From IMG/VR virus record IMGVR_UViG_3300044625_001067, positions 1-64,000 of that record: 64,000 bases of DNA; one strand, 5' to 3'. Made by a program: the position numbers and the translations under genes. Of the stretch, positions 62,138-64,000 are shown piece by piece. The notes beneath the pieces were generated by a model. It did not search any database and was not told where the DNA came from. It saw nothing but the letters and a program-made list of their open reading frames with translations. Position 1 is the stretch's first letter; the number at the start of each line of letters is the position of its first letter.

Positions 62138-63612
62138 GCTCCTTCAGCAAATACGGCACCGACAGCGTCGTACCTTTCAGTGTAAACAGCGTCACGCATA
62201 GCCCCTACAGGCGTAATTACCCCGCCAGTAAGCACAGCTTTCAGGATTGAAGGGCTGCACCCGGAGACCAGGCAAGTTCCCGTGTCGTGCATTTTCATAG
62301 GTACGTTGCCGCTAGAGTTAACATTCCAGAAGACAAGTTCCGGCAAGGAATACCCAGCTTGAGCGTACTTGATTCGCACCGCCTCAAAGTTTGTCACTGA
62401 GTTGTTTCTGCAGCAGGAATCAAACTGCATGTCTGAGACAATGATGAGCTTGCGCGGCATTTCCCCCTCAGGAATATGGTTCATCGTGGCGGTAGCCAAC
62501 ACAAGATTGAAGACTGCTTGCAGGTCTGTATTCGCACCCCAGTCGGCCCGGCTAAGGTTACGAACACGCTCAGCAACGTTTCTCCCTGTAACCGACTGCA
62601 ACTGCGGTCTTCCGGAGAAGGTTAGGAACTTATCCTTCCATGCCCCGGTGTTACGCTCAGCGATGTACATCGCCAGCGAGATTGAAACCGCCATGGGCAT
62701 GCCGCCGTTATTTCCCATTGATCCTGAGACGTCGGCAATTACCAGGCCGTTCAGCTGCTCTCCTTCCATGTAGTTGGGTAGAGCCTCCCACATTAAGTTT
62801 AGAGTCTGATCGCTCCTCTCACCCCCGTAAAGGTACTTGTGCACGATCTCGTAAGGGTAGATCGTACCGGCATTGATTTTTGCCTCACCTTTCTCTACCG
62901 AGTCAAGGTAGGATTGGTAGCGGTCGCCGTCGCGCTTGGCGAAAGCTTTACGATACATGAAGCCTGCCCGAGAAGGCAACTTGCTATAGTCAATGCTTTC
63001 CCACTCACGGGCACACATTGGCTGCTCAACAATCTTGACTTGTGACCTGAGGGCAGTCAGTGCCTTGCGGTACTGCCTCTCGGTCCAACCCATTGCTTCG
63101 GCAATTTTTCGGCCAATCCTCTTAGAGTCCTGGCTGGAAGCGTTAATGGAAGGCAGCCACTTTGCCAGAAGTGAAACTGACTTTCCAACTTCCGTATTTA
63201 GGTCGGCGTTCAGTTGTGCCTTAATTGCTTCGAGTGCGATGCCCCAAACTAAGGTACCGTCAAGGGCTACCACATCATCCCAGCGACCGTACTGTGGAAT
63301 CAGGCTAACTAGCCTGGCACCAATTGCAGCATCATTTCGAACCAGCTCCTTGAAAACTTCTCGAAAGATCTTTCGCTCTCCCTGGCCCCCACGAATGTCG
63401 CGTGCCCAAAACAAGATTCGAGTTGCGGTCTCAGGGTCTTCTGCGTAGGCAAGGTTGAACAGTCGAGTTGCTTCGCTGATTTTGTCACGGCAAGCTGCAA
63501 TCTTTCCAAAAAGGTCCAGGCACTTAGACTCGGTGGACTTGTATGCCTTTGCACCGTTTGCAGTGGTAGTTTGGTTAAACTCGTTTTCGAGTGCGTTTAA
63601 AAAGGTTGTCAT
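62134..63612 (-). CDS. DUF2828 family protein (TROVE/Ro60-like helical domain + vWA)
   Basis: 'TANGA...ST..CLDLF', 'RDIRGGQGER', 'YGRWDD', 'AKWLPS', MIDAS 'DVSGSM', 'SDMQFD', 'VFWNV', 'VSGCSP'. Confidence 0.88.
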   Translation of the reverse strand: MTTFLNALENEFNQTTTANGAKAYKSTESKCLDLFGKIAACRDKISEATRLFNLAYAEDPETATRILFWARDIRGGQGERKIFREVFKELVRNDAAIGARLVSLIPQYGRWDDVVALDGTLVWGIALEAIKAQLNADLNTEVGKSVSLLAKWLPSINASSQDSKRIGRKIAEAMGWTERQYRKALTALRSQVKIVEQPMCAREWESIDYSKLPSRAGFMYRKAFAKRDGDRYQSYLDSVEKGEAKINAGTIYPYEIVHKYLYGGERSDQTLNLMWEALPNYMEGEQLNGLVIADVSGSMGNNGGMPMAVSISLAMYIAERNTGAWKDKFLTFSGRPQLQSVTGRNVAERVRNLSRADWGANTDLQAVFNLVLATATMNHIPEGEMPRKLIIVSDMQFDSCCRNNSVTNFEAVRIKYAQAGYSLPELVFWNVNSSGNVPMKMHDTGTCLVSGCSPSILKAVLTGGVITPVGAMRDAVYTERYDAVGAVFAEGA

Positions 63613-63618
63613 TTTCTC

Positions 63619-63662
63619 AAGTTGATTGTTTGTTAAGATACAAATTAAAGCTGTATCAACTT
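63619..63662 (-). promoter_or_regulatory. 5' leader hairpin of the DUF2828 gene with ACAGC/AAACA motif
   Basis: AAGTTGAT-ACAGC...AACAAACA-ATCAACTT ending 6 nt before the ATG. Confidence 0.65.
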
Positions 63663-64000
63663 TGCGCTATGGGTAAGGACTCGATGGTCGAATGGTGGAG
63701 GAAATCCTCAAGGGTTTCTGAGCCATCGACACCCAAGCATAGTTAAAACCTAATGCAGTAAATCCTGGGAACTACCAGGAGGCCCGGTACACGAACCTCC
63801 AGCTATAGTCCTCCTCAGGAATCGCGGGGTGGTTGAGGACTTTCTCCAGGACTTTGACTGTGTGTTCAAGGTCGGCGTAGTAATTCTCACCGTAGTCTGT
63901 CGAGCCGAAGAAGAATCCCCCTTCGGTGGGTAGGATCTCCGCAGGGTTTACTGTGTTTGTTTCCGCAGGGGTGTCCCTACTTTCGAGGAGTTTTTTGCAC

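Noticed and set aside
1-64000. Alternative genetic code
   Set aside because: Known genes end at TAA, TAG and TGA at expected lengths and no suppressor tRNA is seen

Overview
This window looks like part of a large lytic phage genome, probably a freshwater cyanophage. The evidence is cyanophage-type conserved ORFs at 47157-47465 and 48941-49270, a cyanobacterial-style FGE-sulfatase/DGR-target gene and nadA. 1-3.5 kb holds the end of a tail-fibre-like gene, a glycosyltransferase and a Dps-like gene. About 4-40 kb (+) and 45.6-64 kb (-) are dense arrays of small accessory ORFs, driven by about 38 copies of one composite promoter: GGGCGGTTTMCC box(es), a sigma70-like -35, a 17-nt often palindromic spacer and TATAGT. 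The two strands converge at about 45.57 kb. Scattered across the window is a tRNA maturation/repair kit: CCA-adding enzyme, Thg1, a Pnk-like kinase, HAD and calcineurin-like phosphatases, a cyclic-phosphate receiver domain and a DUF2828 TROVE/vWA-like protein. The most striking content is non-coding. (i) A ~4.2-kb RNA island (40.58-44.8 kb) mixes ordinary tRNAs with at least nine non-canonical tRNA-like elements (two circularly permuted with YrlA/Y-RNA-like topology, several lacking the anticodon arm, some with extra arms), a ~640-nt multi-pseudoknot ornate RNA and a ~185-nt rod. (ii) Next to the DUF2828 gene are two tRNA scaffolds carrying the same inserted AAAAG-hairpin-TCAGCAATT module, and two circularly permuted copies of that module, one directly in the DUF2828 5' leader. 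This suggests an undescribed Ro60/Y-RNA-like ribonucleoprotein system with autoregulation. All structures were derived by eye; no searches or folding programs were run.
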